From Piromyces finnis finn (Eukaryota; Fungi; Neocallimastigomycota), in assembly GCA_002104945.1 (NCBI GenBank), contig MCFH01000031.1:434001-498000 (forward strand): a stretch of DNA of 64,000 nucleotides. The letters run 5' to 3'. A program made the position numbers and the translations under genes. The notes beneath the pieces were generated by a model that saw only the letters and a list, made by a program, of their open reading frames with translations, was not told the DNA's origin and searched no databases. Positions within the stretch are counted from its first letter, which is position 1; each line of letters begins with the position of its first letter. Positions 42,421-58,334 of the stretch are shown piece by piece.

Positions 42421-43193
42421 TTAAACGAAACCGATCTATATTGAAATTTTTATAATAAATTTAAAATTAGATATTTCACTTTTAATAATAATTAAATATT
42501 TATCAATTATTTACCTTGCTGGCAACTTCTAAAGCATCAACATCAGCAGAAAGACGGATGAAAGCCTTCTTAGTACCATTTGGTCTGATTAAAGTGTTGA
42601 TCTTTTCAGCATCAACTTGGTACATTCTCTTGATGGCATCCTTAATTTGCTTCTTGTTGGCCTTAACGTCGCAAATGAAGACAAGAGTGTTGTCATCTTC
42701 AATCTTCTTCATGGCAGATTCAGTCTTAAGTGGGAATCTGAGAATGCTGTATTGGTCGACAGAGCTAGTCTTTGGGACAGAAACTCTTGGGTACTTTGGC
42801 TTACGAGCAAGACGAAGAGTCTTTGGTCTTCTGAAAGAGGTAGAAGTGATCATCTTCTTGGTAGCCTTAGCATTAACTCCTTTAAGAGCAGCCTTCTTGG
42901 CGGCAGCAGCCTTGGAAGTGTCTAATAAGTTTTAATTAATAATTTACAATTAATTCATTCATCCATTAAAAACTTCATTAATTCATAATATCATTATTTT
43001 GTATTTATCAAAATAGATATCATCTCATTTTACATAAATTAATATTGGACATATATACAAAAACAATATCATTTTAAATCCACATTCCATTACATCATCT
43101 TAAATAATTAAACATTAAACATAAAAGATAATAAAAAAATTCATAACACATTTTATTCATTCATTAAAACATTCATTATATACCTTTAACCAT
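42421..43193 (-). CDS. RPL25: 60S ribosomal protein uL23 (L25/L23a)
   Basis: Exons 43184-43193, 42515-42921 and 42421-42435 give [18 protein letters not shown]…[17 protein letters not shown]…[16 protein letters not shown]…[17 protein letters not shown]…KIGFV. Strong high-expression codon bias. Confidence 0.97.
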
Positions 43194-43733
43194 GATGACG
43201 TGGTTCTCAATAAATATTTAAAATATTAAGAAATGAGAAAAGAGTGATTAAAATAATAGAATTAATCCTATTTTGTTATTTCATAATTAAAATTTCGAAT
43301 AAATTCAACCAATAGTATTTAATATTTTCTAATTTAAGCCAATAAAAATTTATAAATTTGAGCCACTAAATTATATTTCTTATAATAAATATTACATTAC
43401 ATTATATTAATATATTAATTCATTTATGTATTAAAAGTATGTAGGTATATTCAAAAAAATGTTTATTTATAAATAATTACTACTGTAATTTTATTATTAT
43501 AATTTTATATTTATTAAATTTATATAAATTTTAATAGTACATAAAATCCAAGATATAAAAAAAATAATACTATACTAATTATTGACAAATTAATTTATAT
43601 GTATAATTATTATAACTATCCATATAAATATAAATTAAATATTTTGTGATTTTGAAAATTAGAGAATATTATATATTAACATTTTATAGTTTTTCCTTAT
43701 TCCCAGGTAATTTTTTAATTCTTTATTTCAGAT

Positions 43734-45824
43734 TTATTCTTCATCATCGTCAATATCATCTAAGCCTTCTAAATCTTCTTCTGCAAATAATTCTTCATTA
43801 ACCTTAATTTCTTCCTCGACATTTGATATTGATTCTTTCATGTCACTAACATCAATTTCTTTACCCTTATCATTTGATTCCTTAGTATTTTCGGTATTAT
43901 CTTCAGAATCTTCTCTAACATATTCGTCCATAGCATCATCATCATCATCATATGGATTAGCTAATTCTGGGTTAAAGTCGAATAATTCACGACCAGAGAA
44001 TCCCATTCCACTCTTCATACCAGCCTTGTATTTTTGGTAAGCATCAGCTCTAGCCTTAGCCTTTTCTTGTTCTTCCTTTTCTTTTTGAAGTTTGCGTTCA
44101 GCCTTCCACTTATTAAATGATTCATATGTAATTGGTGTAAGATTTGAACCAAGTTTATGACGCTAAATAATATTATTATAATATTATAATATTAAACATA
44201 ATTAACAAAAAATTATCCATTAAATTAAATTAATAATATTTGATATAATATTTTAAATTAATTTATTATTCTTAATTACTTCAGTTTCCAAAAATTCTTC
44301 AAGAGTAATTTCATTTTCTTTTGCAGCTTCACGAGCTCTTTTTTCTTCTTCAGTTTCCTTTTTCTTTAATACATAACCTGGTGGTAAACAATGTCTATAT
44401 TTACATTTACTTCCACCATTTGGACATTCCCAGAACTTTTATATTTATTGTAATTTATATTAATATTTTCTATATTACTATTTAAATTACATTATTAAAT
44501 ATATTAAATACTTACGAAACCATATTTCTTTGTTTCGATAGCTTCTAAGAAATATTTACAGACAATTTCTGTTGGCTTTTGACTATTATCTTTACCAAAT
44601 TTCTTATCAATAACAGATTCCAATTTGGATTGATCCCAATTTTCCATAGTTTCATCTGTTAAATTACATTTCATTTACAAAAAATTTAGATTGTATTCCA
44701 ATAATTAATTATCATTCTTATTAATAAAATTACCATCTTTTCCTTTTTTATTCTTTCCGGAATTACCGCGATAATCAGTGTATAAATCAATCTTTTCAGT
44801 TTTACGTTCAATATTCAAATCGTGTGAAAATTTACAACGATTTCCTTTTTGGCATGTACCTGCTTTAAAGTAAGCACATAAAATAGTTTTTGGATCAACA
44901 CCTTTTTTATTTTTATTTAAAAAATATATATATACATATTAATACAATATAGCAATGCAACTATTTATTTATAATATTTATTATAAAATTTACCAAATGG
45001 AACTTTTTGTTGTATTTGAACTGGTTTGAAAATTTCTTTTAATTCAGTTTTTCTTTTTGCTTCTTCTTTTTTCTTTTGTTCAAGTTTCTTCTTTCTTTCT
45101 TCTTCTTGTTTCTATGATATTTTATGTTTATACTTAATAATTATCCATCATCTTAATATCAATCATATAATTATTTGAAAATTTATTTTACCATAGCTTT
45201 TCTGTTACCAGCTTGATTAACTTGTTGTTGAACTTGTTGAACATACTTTAAATATGAAAAAAATAAAATATATATAGAAAAAAATCATTATTATTCATAT
45301 TAATTTAAAATTATGCATAACAAATGATTTGTTTAAATTTAGTTGTCTTATTATATTAAAAACTATTTTTAGCTATATTCTAATTAAATTTATTTCCCAT
45401 TCAACATAATCCTGTATTTTATCATTATCAATTTTATTTTATTTTAAATACATAAAATCTAATTTTATATTACATCGAAACATTAAAAAAAAAATAAAAT
45501 TAAAATTCTGATTGATAATGATAATTATTAAGTTCTTTTTTAATTATTATTATTACTTAATTGTTAATTGATAACATTTTTCCTTTATTTTTGTTTATTA
45601 TCCTATTGTTAACTTTTACTGATTTTAATTATTCAAGACATCAAGTAAATAAATAGTTTATATATATGCTATATTTAAATCATTTTAATATCATCTGAAA
45701 TTACTTTAGCAACTTTACTGGACTTCTTCTTGTTCTTTAATCCAAAAGTCTTATCTTCAATAATCTTATTTTTGAGCTTTTGCTCAGTTTTAGAAGACAT
45801 TTGTGGTTGCTTTTTCTTGGCCAT
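43734..45824 (-). CDS. TMA46: Tma46/ZC3H15 CCCH zinc-finger, DFRP1-family protein (multi-exon)
   Basis: N-terminal [20 protein letters not shown] finger [29 protein letters not shown]…FWECPNGG…[23 protein letters not shown], and an acidic C-terminus. Confidence 0.93.
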
Positions 45825-45947
45825 TTTGTTTTATTAATATTTTATTAACAATTATAAACAGATTTTAAATAAAATATTATCAATACATAAATACATATTA
45901 AAAGAACAAAAAATAATGTAGGTAATATTAATTTATAGCCACTTATA

Positions 45948-45954
45948 TGATTGG
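45948..45954 (-). promoter_or_regulatory. Candidate CCAAT box (CCAATCA) about 125 bp upstream of TMA46
   Basis: TGATTGG on the + strand. The same 7-mer recurs upstream of PA2G4 and between TOM22 and ORC4. Confidence 0.4.
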
Positions 45955-46287
45955 ATAATATTATGTAAATTTTAAAATGTATAAAATTTATGTACTTCTT
46001 AATTAAAATTAATATTTTATTAATATTACAAATAATGAAAACATACAATTTCTTACTTTTTTATAAAATACAAAATACTATCATTGCACAAAACACAAAA
46101 TATTAAGTTTTATTAATTTTGCTAATTTATAAGAATATTTTGTTCTTCTTATTATTTATTTAATTGTATTATTTATTTTTATTTTTTACTTATTATTTAT
46201 AAAAATATAAATAAAATATAATATAATAAATATATATATTTTATTATATTGAAAATTTTACAGTTTCGTAAAATTTATTTGTTTTAT

Positions 46288-48190
<1,903 letters not shown>

Positions 48191-48387
48191 TTTTGCAATT
48201 ATTACTGTTTAATTTTATTATTATTTATTTCTTGGTTTTATTTTTTGGTTTTATTTTTATTTTTATTTTTTGTGTTTTTTTAAAATTATATATAATGTTA
48301 CAAATATTATATATAATTATTTGACTTTAAAAGAATATATATTTCCTATACATCACATAAATAAATTCAAAATTATAAATATTAAAT

Positions 48388-48394
48388 TGATTGG
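48388..48394 (-). promoter_or_regulatory. Candidate CCAAT box in the PA2G4/SAD1 divergent promoter
   Basis: TGATTGG in a ~600-bp AT-rich bidirectional intergenic region. Confidence 0.4.
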
Positions 48395-48746
48395 ATAATT
48401 TGATCAATATTATTTGGATGATTAATTTTTAAATAATTAACTTTATATTAATTTATAAAATATAATTAATTAACAAGTAAAATAATTACAATTTAACATT
48501 CATTTTCCAACTGAAAAATTATAAAATAAAGGTATTATTAACAATTGAGTATATATTATTTAATATTTTTAACTTTAAGTATTAATTATATAAAATTGTA
48601 TTAAATAATTAAATACACAATTTGTTAATTAAAATAAAATTTATATAAAAACCATCCATTAAAAATTTTTATTAAATAAATTATTTATTTTATATTATTG
48701 ATACGTATATTTAATATTAATAATATTAATAATGATGATAATAATG

Positions 48747-48782
<36 letters not shown>

Positions 48783-48787
48783 GAAAA

Positions 48788-51412
48788 ATGCAAAAGTCAC
48801 TAAAAAGAAAAAGAGACGATAATGATGAATTAAGACCCGGAGGACTCTACCTTGATACAGTAATTATAACTAACATTTATCCTCCTATCTATTTTAAATA
48901 TGAATGCTAATTTTTACAATTTTCAAATTTATTTCTTATTTTTATATATATATATATATTCTTTGCAATATGATATGATAACCTGTTAATTGCATTATAA
49001 AAAATGGATTGCTATTTTTTTTTAATTTTTCAACAATTTATAATATTTTATAATTTAAAATTTATACTCATCTAAAAATTACGATAATCAAAAATAGATT
49101 AGAAGAACTTATTTAGATTTTGATTTTGAAAAGGTTTGCTCCATATCATTATCAAATTTAAATGTATATGCGTGCTTAGTTTGTGGGAAATATTATCAAG
49201 GTACTCTATTTTTATTATTATTGATATTATTGTTATTGTTATTTTAATAAATAACATATAAAAATGTTCAAGGTTTTATATTAATCAAAATGTAATTTAA
49301 TAATAAAAAAGGAAGAGGCACAACATCGCATGCTTATATTCATAGTTTACATGAAGACCATCATGTATTTATAAATCTACATACTCTCAAAGTAAATTCA
49401 ATGAAATAGTATAAATTAATAAATAACTTTAAACTTATTAAAAATGAAAAACTAATTTATCAATAATTTAAAAGGCTTATATTTTACCTGATGGATATGA
49501 AGTTAATGATTCTTCTTTAGATGATATCAAGGTTTTTATATTAAATTAAATTATATAAAATATAATAATATATCAATTTAGGATGTAAAAATAACACTAG
49601 ATTTTTATATATTATTTAGTATGTTATTAAGCCAACTTTCACAAAAGAGCAAATTAAACTATTAGATAAAAATAATAATTATTGTTATGATCTCAATAAT
49701 AAAAAATATCTTCCAGGTATAGTAATTAAATTTTTAAAAAGTATATAACATAATATGTTATTATCATTATAAATTTTAAATTATATTTATATGCATTATT
49801 TCTAAAGGATTTATTGGTCTCAACAATATTAAGAAGAATGATTATATAAATGTTATTATTCAAGCACTTATTCATATTACACCATTAAGAGACTTTTTCT
49901 TAAGAAATGACAAAGAATCTAAAAGTGAATTAGTTAATAGGTTTGGAATGTTAATTAGAAAAATGTGGAATTCAAGAGCATTTAAAGCACAAGTTAGTCC
50001 ACACGAATTATTGCAAGTATGTTTATTTTTCTATAAGTAAAATCATTGATTGTATATATATATAAGATATAAATAATTAATTATATAAATACATAAAGGA
50101 AATTAGTAATGCTAGTAAAAAAAAATTTTTGTTAACAGAACAAAATGATCCAGTAGATTTTTTATATTGGTTTTTAAATACATTACATTTTGCATTAGGT
50201 GGAACAAGAAAAAAAAAGAGTAAATTAATTATAATATTAATAATATTTATTTAAATAAATTTTATACTTAATTAACAAAATCTAAAATAATTAAATTTGG
50301 AATTTTTAAAATTAAATAATTAAACAAACAAATTTATCAATATTAAATAATAAGGTATAATTCAAGAAACTTTCCAAGGAAAATTACAAATTGAATCACA
50401 AACTATATTAGCTGAACCAGAAGAAGGAAAGGAAAAATTTCAAAAAACTGATTTTGAAAGTGACAGGGGTAATATGAAATAATAATCATTAGTCATTATA
50501 ATAAAAATATATATAGATTTCAATATTTAGTAACTATTAATAAATATAAAATAAAAATCAAATAGAAGTAACAAAAGTAGTATCGCCATTTATGGTATTA
50601 GTTCTTGATCTACCACCACCACCATTATTCCAAGATGAAATGGAACAAAATATCATTCCTCAAGTATGATATAAATAGCATATCGTTTTTATTATTTAAA
50701 TAAAAATCTCTAATTTTCATAAATAACTATTAGGTATCATTATCATCTCTTCTTTGTAGATATGATGGTAAAACTATACAGGTAAGATTAGTATACATTT
50801 AAGAATTATTTAAATAATATTAAATATTAAATTTTATTAATAAAAATAAAACTAGGAAATAGGAAATACATTAAAAAGATATAAATTATTAAAACTACCG
50901 AACTACCTAATTTTCAATGCTAAAAGATTTAATAAAAACAATTGGTCACAAGAAAAAAATCCAACTATTATTAATTTCCCAATTAAAAATGTTGATATGA
51001 AAGAATGTAATTATGCGATTTATAAAATAATTTTTGATATAAAGTAAAATAGTAATAATAATTAATAAAATATAAAATTAGACTTAGATACTGATCCAAA
51101 TGATAAAGAAGAATATAAATATGACCTAGTAGCTAATATATGCCATGAAGGAAAAGATAGTCCTAAGAATGGTTCATATAAAGTGCAAGTATACTGCAAA
51201 GGAAAAGATCAATGGTTCCAAATTCAAGATTTATTTGTTGAAGAAATTATGCCACAAATGATTTTCTTATCAGAAACTTATATTCAAGTAAGTAAAAATT
51301 AATATTGCTTTTCCTAATTCTAATAAATAATAAACGTGAAAGTACCATAATTAATATCGTATTATATTTTAACTAGATATGGGAACGTAAATTTAGTGAA
51401 GAAAGCAAGTAG
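48788..51412 (+). CDS. SAD1: U4/U6.U5 tri-snRNP protein Sad1/USP39 (ZnF-UBP plus inactive USP domain), many introns
   Basis: LYLDT, LDFDFEKVCSISLSNLNVYACLVCGKYYQG, GLNNIKKNDY (Asp at the catalytic Cys position), KAQVSPHELLQ, EEIMPQMIFLSETYIQIWER. Confidence 0.94.
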
Positions 51413-52060
51413 TTTACTAAATTCTTAATATCAATATTATATATTATAATTGTCAATATATTTTGAAAAAAAAAAAAGAAAAGAAAAATAATATTTGGAA
51501 ATAAAAATTATTGAATTAAAAAAAATTTATTAATTTATTAATAAATATTTAAATACTCATTCCATTCATCTATATGTCTTTTAAATGTAAACAAAAAAAG
51601 TTATATATAAAAAGATATTTTTAAATTTTATAATATTTAAAATTAATATTTTAATTGTTATTTAATAACACTTATGGATTATGATAAAAATAATATTTGT
51701 TGATTGATTTTTGTATAAATAGTAATTTATTTATGAATTATTAAATTAATAGCATTAAATTTTTATAACTCTATAAAATTATTTTTTAATATGAAAATGC
51801 TACTAAAGAAATTAAATACAGATTATAAATATAATGATTTTGCTTTGTTTCGTTTTTTTTTTAATTTGTTTGTTTTTTTACTACTATTTTTAAATTCCTT
51901 TATAGATATTGTTGATTTTTATATTAAATGTTTATTGTAAATTTCTAGATTAACTTAATTTCTCGGTTTGTTTTGACTTTTTTGTTACTGTTGATTATTG
52001 AATTTGTATGATTATATTATTTTTTTTTTTTCTTTTTGTTATTATATATAAAAAAAAAAA

Positions 52061-52111
52061 TTATTCTTCATCTTCCTTTGGAACAACTCTTGAAAGTAAC
52101 TATATTTATTA

Positions 52112-52187
<76 letters not shown>

Positions 52188-52633
52188 AATAAAAATATAT
52201 ATAATAATAAATAAATTTAAAATTAGAATACTATTAATAAAAATATTATAGAAATTTATTAGTGTACCTGGTGTTGTCTATATTGTTGTTCTTGAGCTTT
52301 TTGATTTTCTTGATGTATAGCAGCTTGTTCTCTTTCAATTTCTAAAACTACTGGTAAAGCAAGTATACTAGCAGCAGTAACTAAAATCCAAGCACTATTA
52401 CCAACAGCTTTTAATAAACCGAATGACTTTGAAAATAAGGAAGAAGCTGAATTTGAAATTCTAGCTCTAGTTTCTGGAGGAACAATATCTTTTAAAGCCA
52501 TTACTCTTGACATAAAAGTTTCATCGTCATCAATTTCGGAATCTTCTTCATCAGAAGAAGTATATTCTTCTTCTTCTTCTTCTTCTGAAACTAAAACATT
52601 ATTTTTATCTTCAATTTCTTCTAAGTAAGCCAT
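52061..52633 (-). CDS. TOM22: Outer-membrane import receptor Tom22 (hydrogenosomal/mitochondrial)
   Basis: Acidic N-terminus, ETFMSRVMALKDIVPP, and TM WILVTAASILALPVVLEIERE. Exons 52268-52633 and 52061-52099 (LLSRVVPKEDEE*). Confidence 0.9.
52115..52183. repeat. (TAT)n microsatellite inside the TOM22 intron
   Basis: Direct reading. It explains the spurious poly-Y ORF. Confidence 0.93.
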
Positions 52634-52872
52634 TTCTTTAAATAATATATCAATTAAATAATTTATATTATATCAATTTATTTGAATTATATATTGGTAA
52701 AATGTTAATAAGATATGAAAATATTTAAATAAACCAGAATTCTTATTATCTATTTCATGATTATTTACCAAAAAAATTTTATTATATTCAAAGTGTATTT
52801 ACAAAAAAAATTATAATTGTTTTTCATTAATTTGGATAAAATTCAAAATGTAAAAAAAAGAAACTAATAAGA

Positions 52873-52879
52873 TGATTGG
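52873..52879 (-). promoter_or_regulatory. Candidate CCAAT box in the TOM22/ORC4 divergent promoter
   Basis: TGATTGG at the midpoint of a ~500-bp intergenic region. Confidence 0.4.
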
Positions 52880-53131
52880 GTAGATTAATAATTAATTTCT
52901 TTTTTTTCTGTAATAGTAATAAAAATTTTAAACTTTTTCGTAATAATATATGTTAATAAATTTATGGATATTTTATATTTAATACATTTTTAAAAAAAGT
53001 TTAATATACTATTTCATATTGTATCAATAAATTTAATTAAATATAAAAGGTTTATTTGACATTTAAATAATTTATCCTTTATAAAATTTAAAACAATTAA
53101 TTATCAATAGTAATAAATATTAAAGAGTACT

Positions 53132-55353
53132 ATGTTGCAAGATACCTTACCCAATATTAATAAAAAAGATATAAATAATGTTAAAAGAATAATATTAAAT
53201 AATTTAACTGGTAAATCCTATACCAATAAATTAATTGGTTTAGAAGAACAATACAAGTAAAACTTTTATTTCTTCCTTATTTCTATATATATATGAATAT
53301 AATAATATTATTATTAATTATTAAAGAAAAAGTATAAGGCATTTATTTAATTATTTATTTTATCTTTATTTTTAATATATACTTATCAAATAAATGAATA
53401 TTAATTAATTTTAAATTATATCAAATATAAATATAAAGTACTTTATATGATATATGTAAAAAAACTATAGAAACGGGTGAAAGTAATTCAACTTTATTAA
53501 TCGGAAATCGTGGTTGTGGAAAAACAATGGTAATGACATACGTGCATAAAATGTATAATATTTAATCATTAAAGCCAATAAATTATAAATATATAAAATT
53601 TCAAATTTTTATTTTAATTTTTTAAAATATCTTAGATAGTGAATAAACTTTTAGATAATTTAGATAAAGAATATAATAAGGATAAGCAAACCTTCTTAAC
53701 AGTTCGTTTAAATGGGTTAATTCAATCTGACGATCGTCTTGCATTAAAAGAAATGATATATCAATTATCCCAAGAAGAAGCAATGGAGAATTTAAATAGT
53801 GTAAGTAACTTATAAAATTTTTAAAATATAAATATTGAGGTTATAATTACTACTTGTTATACTGATATAGTTATTGCTATCATTATTAATATTATGTTAA
53901 TTAATTAATTAATTAATTATTTATTTATTTATTTATTTACTTTTCTATTTATTTATCATATTATATATTATATATTATATATATGTATATGTATATGTAT
54001 AAAGACTTCATTTTCAGAGGTATTGTCATATTTATTAAATGTACTATCAATTGGAACAAAAACTTCAAAACCTGTAATAATAGTACTTGATGAATTTGAT
54101 TTATTCACTCAACATAATAAACAAACGTTATTATACAATTTATTTGATATTGCACAAAGTAATCAAAATCCTATAGTAGTTATTGGTTTAACTTGCCAAC
54201 TTGTAAATAACACAAATTATATTTTTTTTTTTTTTTTAATTTTATAATAATAACTTTTATTGCTATTTTACGTAATATTTAAAGAACAAATACTTTGTAA
54301 AGCTATTAATTAAATTTTAATTTTCATTTATAAAAGAATGTTGTTGAATTACTAGAAAAAAGAGTCAAGTCAAGATATTCACATAGACAAGTATTATGCT
54401 TTCCACCTATAGAAATTGAAGATTTTGAAAAGATTATTATAAATTCATTGAAGATACCCGAAAATAACTCAAAAATTAACAAGGATTATATAAAAAAATT
54501 TAATACAGAAGTAGATGTAATTATCATTAATATACAGAAAATAAAAATAAAAAAAAAACGATTAAATAATATAATGATAACATATTATTATTAATTATAT
54601 TTTACTATAGAAAATATTTTCTGATGAATCTATAAAAACAATAATAAATAGATTATTTGATATTACTAATAATTCAAGAAACTTTCTAAAAATATGTGTA
54701 AATATTTAATATATATATTATCATAAAATTAAATATATAATTATATGTAATAACAACAATAATAACAATAATCTAGATTGAACCAATATATAAACTTTCT
54801 GTAAATCAACCATATCCAAAAGTAAATGATTTTCTCGACGCTTATACAAGACAATATATTGATTCTAAAACTGAATTATTAAAGGGTTTGTTAATTTGTT
54901 TAATATAATTTCAATAATATTTATATATAGTTTATTAATCTGGAATATACATGATAAGATAAAATAAATGATTAATTATGCAATTCTATTAATATATTTA
55001 AAGGAACATCAATTCTTGAATTATGTTTAATTATTGCAATGAAGTGTTTACTAGAAAAACATATAGAAGTATTTAATTTTGAAATGATATATGATGAATA
55101 TAAAAAATTTGTACAAAAAATTGAAGCTACTGGAAATGGTCGAGAAATTTTTTTCAAAAAGCAAGTTGCTATGAAAGCATTAGAGCATTTAATAGCAATT
55201 GAACTTGTATTACCAACAGAAGCATCTGGTAAATGTCCTAAGGAATATAGAATGATGAAAGTTCTTCTAGAACCAAATCAAATAACTCAAGCTGTATTAA
55301 AACATAATGAATGTCCTACATCAATAAAGCAATGGGGTACAAGATGGCTTTAA
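53132..55353 (+). CDS. ORC4: Origin recognition complex subunit 4, multi-exon
   Basis: [17 protein letters not shown] (Walker A), VLDEFDLF…[10 protein letters not shown] (Walker B), [23 protein letters not shown], and a C-terminal winged-helix region ending IKQWG. Confidence 0.95.
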
Positions 55354-55650
55354 ATTATTTAATTTATCTGAATTAAATTTACTCAATTTGTAATTATGAA
55401 ATAAAAATGTATTATATTTTATATGTTTATAATTAAATTTGGTTATCGTTTTTATTTCTTTAAAAATAATAAATTTTAAAATATTTATATTACAAAAATG
55501 ATATTTGTTATTTAAATGATATTGTTTCTTTTTCGTTCTTTTTTTTTTAATACTTCTCTTTATTTATTTCTTTTGGGTATTAATTGAATGATATGTATTT
55601 ATTAATATAATTACGATAATTAAATAATTTTATTTTTAAATAAATCAATA

Positions 55651-57425
55651 TTAATTTAAATGTTTCATTGCTTTGAAATGTTGAGAATTTTTAAATTCTG
55701 AATATAAAGTAAACATCACATGTAATGATTCAATAGTAGTCCTCGAGTTCATTTCACTTATTTCGTTTATTTTCTGATTTTCTGAACTTATTGGGATATC
55801 AAGAAGAATTAGTAATAAATGAATATAATCTATTAATGGTAAATCAAGATCTGCTGAAGGTAATTCAATCTATGAGTCAAAATAATAATAAATTCATTTT
55901 TTAAAATTTTATATTTGATAATTTTTTGGACGTATATAAAAAAAAAAAAAAAAGTAGAATATCTTTATTCTTACATTATTTAAACCTTCTTCTATTTCTG
56001 AAGGCCAAACTTGCATTAAATCCTATAGCATATTTTTAAATATATTATTATAAATTGAGCATTTGTTTAATAATTTATATATATATAATTACTTCAATAT
56101 CTGGCATTCTTCTAGTATATATAACATTATTACGTGGTTTTGTCTCATGTAATTCATTAATATTAGATATCCATGTATCTATTAATGAAGGGTCTTCACT
56201 TATATCTTCTGAAGACAATGACCTTACTTTTAATTCTGAATTCGTTGAAGATTTTGTAATAGCTCGTAAACGAAGATCCAATACTATTTAAATGCAATGT
56301 TTAATATATATATATACATATATATTTATTAATAAAATTAAGAAATTGGTTCAAAAATATATTAATTTTATTATAATATTAACCGGAAGGATCTGATTGC
56401 TTCCCAGATGGTTCATCAACACATGTTAAACCTAGTGTATCCACCTCATTATCACAACGAGGAATCTGTTAAAAAAAATTTTATGATATCATCCAAATGA
56501 AATATTGTATATTAATTATTTTGATTACAATAAGCTAGAATAGTTTTTCATAATTTAACTTACTTTTATAAAAGCATCTATATCACCAACAGCTGGAATA
56601 TAATCTGGTATAAATGGTTTTAATTCAGTATCTAATTTTATATCTAAAGGTTTATACTGATCTATGAACGAAAATAATTCTTTTATTTCATCATTAACAT
56701 TTCCCATTAACTCATATTTTCTAACATATTATAATAATATGATAAATGATATTTAATATTTAATATTTTATTCTTTTGTTTTTGATATATAATTATGTAT
56801 AAAATATTTATTTGTTTAATACTTTGTATAATCTTCATCATCTGGTGATAAATTATCAGTATCAAGATATTTACTCTTTGATTCGTATTCTCCAGAATAT
56901 CCAATATCATTTGTACTTCTTAATGTCTTTTATTATTATTTTGTTTTAAGAAAAAATATACATAGAATGATATAATAATACATATTATTAATATTTTCTA
57001 TTATTAATGTGCTATATGTATATATATATTTTTTAATAATTATATATTATATGTTATTTATCAAAAACATACAACATGAGCATCTTCATCATCTGAATGA
57101 TCATATTCTTCTTCTGATTCTGAAATTGGATGAGTTGGTGGTGAATCCCCATGATAGTTACTCATTTTTGAACTTTCACCATCATCAGAAACTTCTAATT
57201 CTTCATCATAATAATTATTATCTACTCTTGTTGTGCTGAAATTTAGATTTTTTGTTTTACTCACCTAATTTAATTATTTATTATTAATATATATATTTGT
57301 TAAAAAAAAAAAAAACAAAATAAATATTATTTAATTATTACTTATATATATTCCTTAATACAATTATTTACTAATTCATTATATGATTCATCATTATCAC
57401 TGGTTTCACTATCACTATCAAACAT
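55651..57425 (-). CDS. IFT46: Intraflagellar transport protein 46, multi-exon
   Basis: Acidic N-terminus, LDTELKPFIPDYIPAVGDIDAFIK, LGLTCVDEP…QSDP, WISNINELH, MPDIE…MQVWP, and IESLHVMFTLYSEFKNSQHF. Confidence 0.93.
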
Positions 57426-58334
57426 TTTATTAAAATATATTTTTTATACAAAAGTTACTGTGTTAATGAAATTTAATTATATTCAGTGGATATATTTCAA
57501 GTCACCTTAATTTAAATTTTTATTAAAAAAAATGTTTAAATTATAATTATTATGGTTATTGTTATTAAATATATTTATTCTATACTGTATATTAAAAATA
57601 AAAAATAATTAAACTTTTTTTTTTCATCTCTAATTCATCGTTATTATAAAAATTAAAATTATATTTTATACCTAATAATTTATTATATATTAAAATAATA
57701 TAATAATAATAGTAATAAAAATAGTATGAAATTAATATCAATTAACGTCAATGAACATTTAACTGTTGTTCAATACATATTAAATTGATGTTATAAATAT
57801 ATAGTCATAAGTTCTTTATGATATTTTTCTATTATTATTTTATTGTTGAAATTTCTTTTATAACTCCGAATAAAATCTAAACAAATAATCAAAATTAATA
57901 TAAAAAATGATATTTATTAATTTATTTTTTATTTTTGATGTTACACGTAATGATGAATCTAATCCTTTGAAGTTTAAAAGATATTAAACTTTAAAATTAA
58001 TATTTTTTAAAAATTAATAATGAAATAAAGACAGTGCTGCTCACAACTTTTGTGATTCCAAAACTTTTTTTTCATTTTATGTTGCTTTTTATTTGTAAAA
58101 GTTAATATTTATATATAAATATATATACAAAGAAAAAGGGAAAGTGAAAAAGTAAGCAAATTTTCTAAATGAAAAATTTATAAATTAAAAATAAAAACAA
58201 TATAAAAAATTTAAAATTTTAAAATTAAAAAAGGTTGGAAATATTAATATAGTAATTATAAAATATAAATTATAAAATATAGAGAATGCTAATACTTATT
58301 TTTTCATTTTTCTTTATTATGATTATTCAAACAG

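Noticed and set aside
42516-42935. 139-aa and 102-aa plus-strand ORFs
   Set aside because: Antisense shadows of RPL25 caused by its codon bias.
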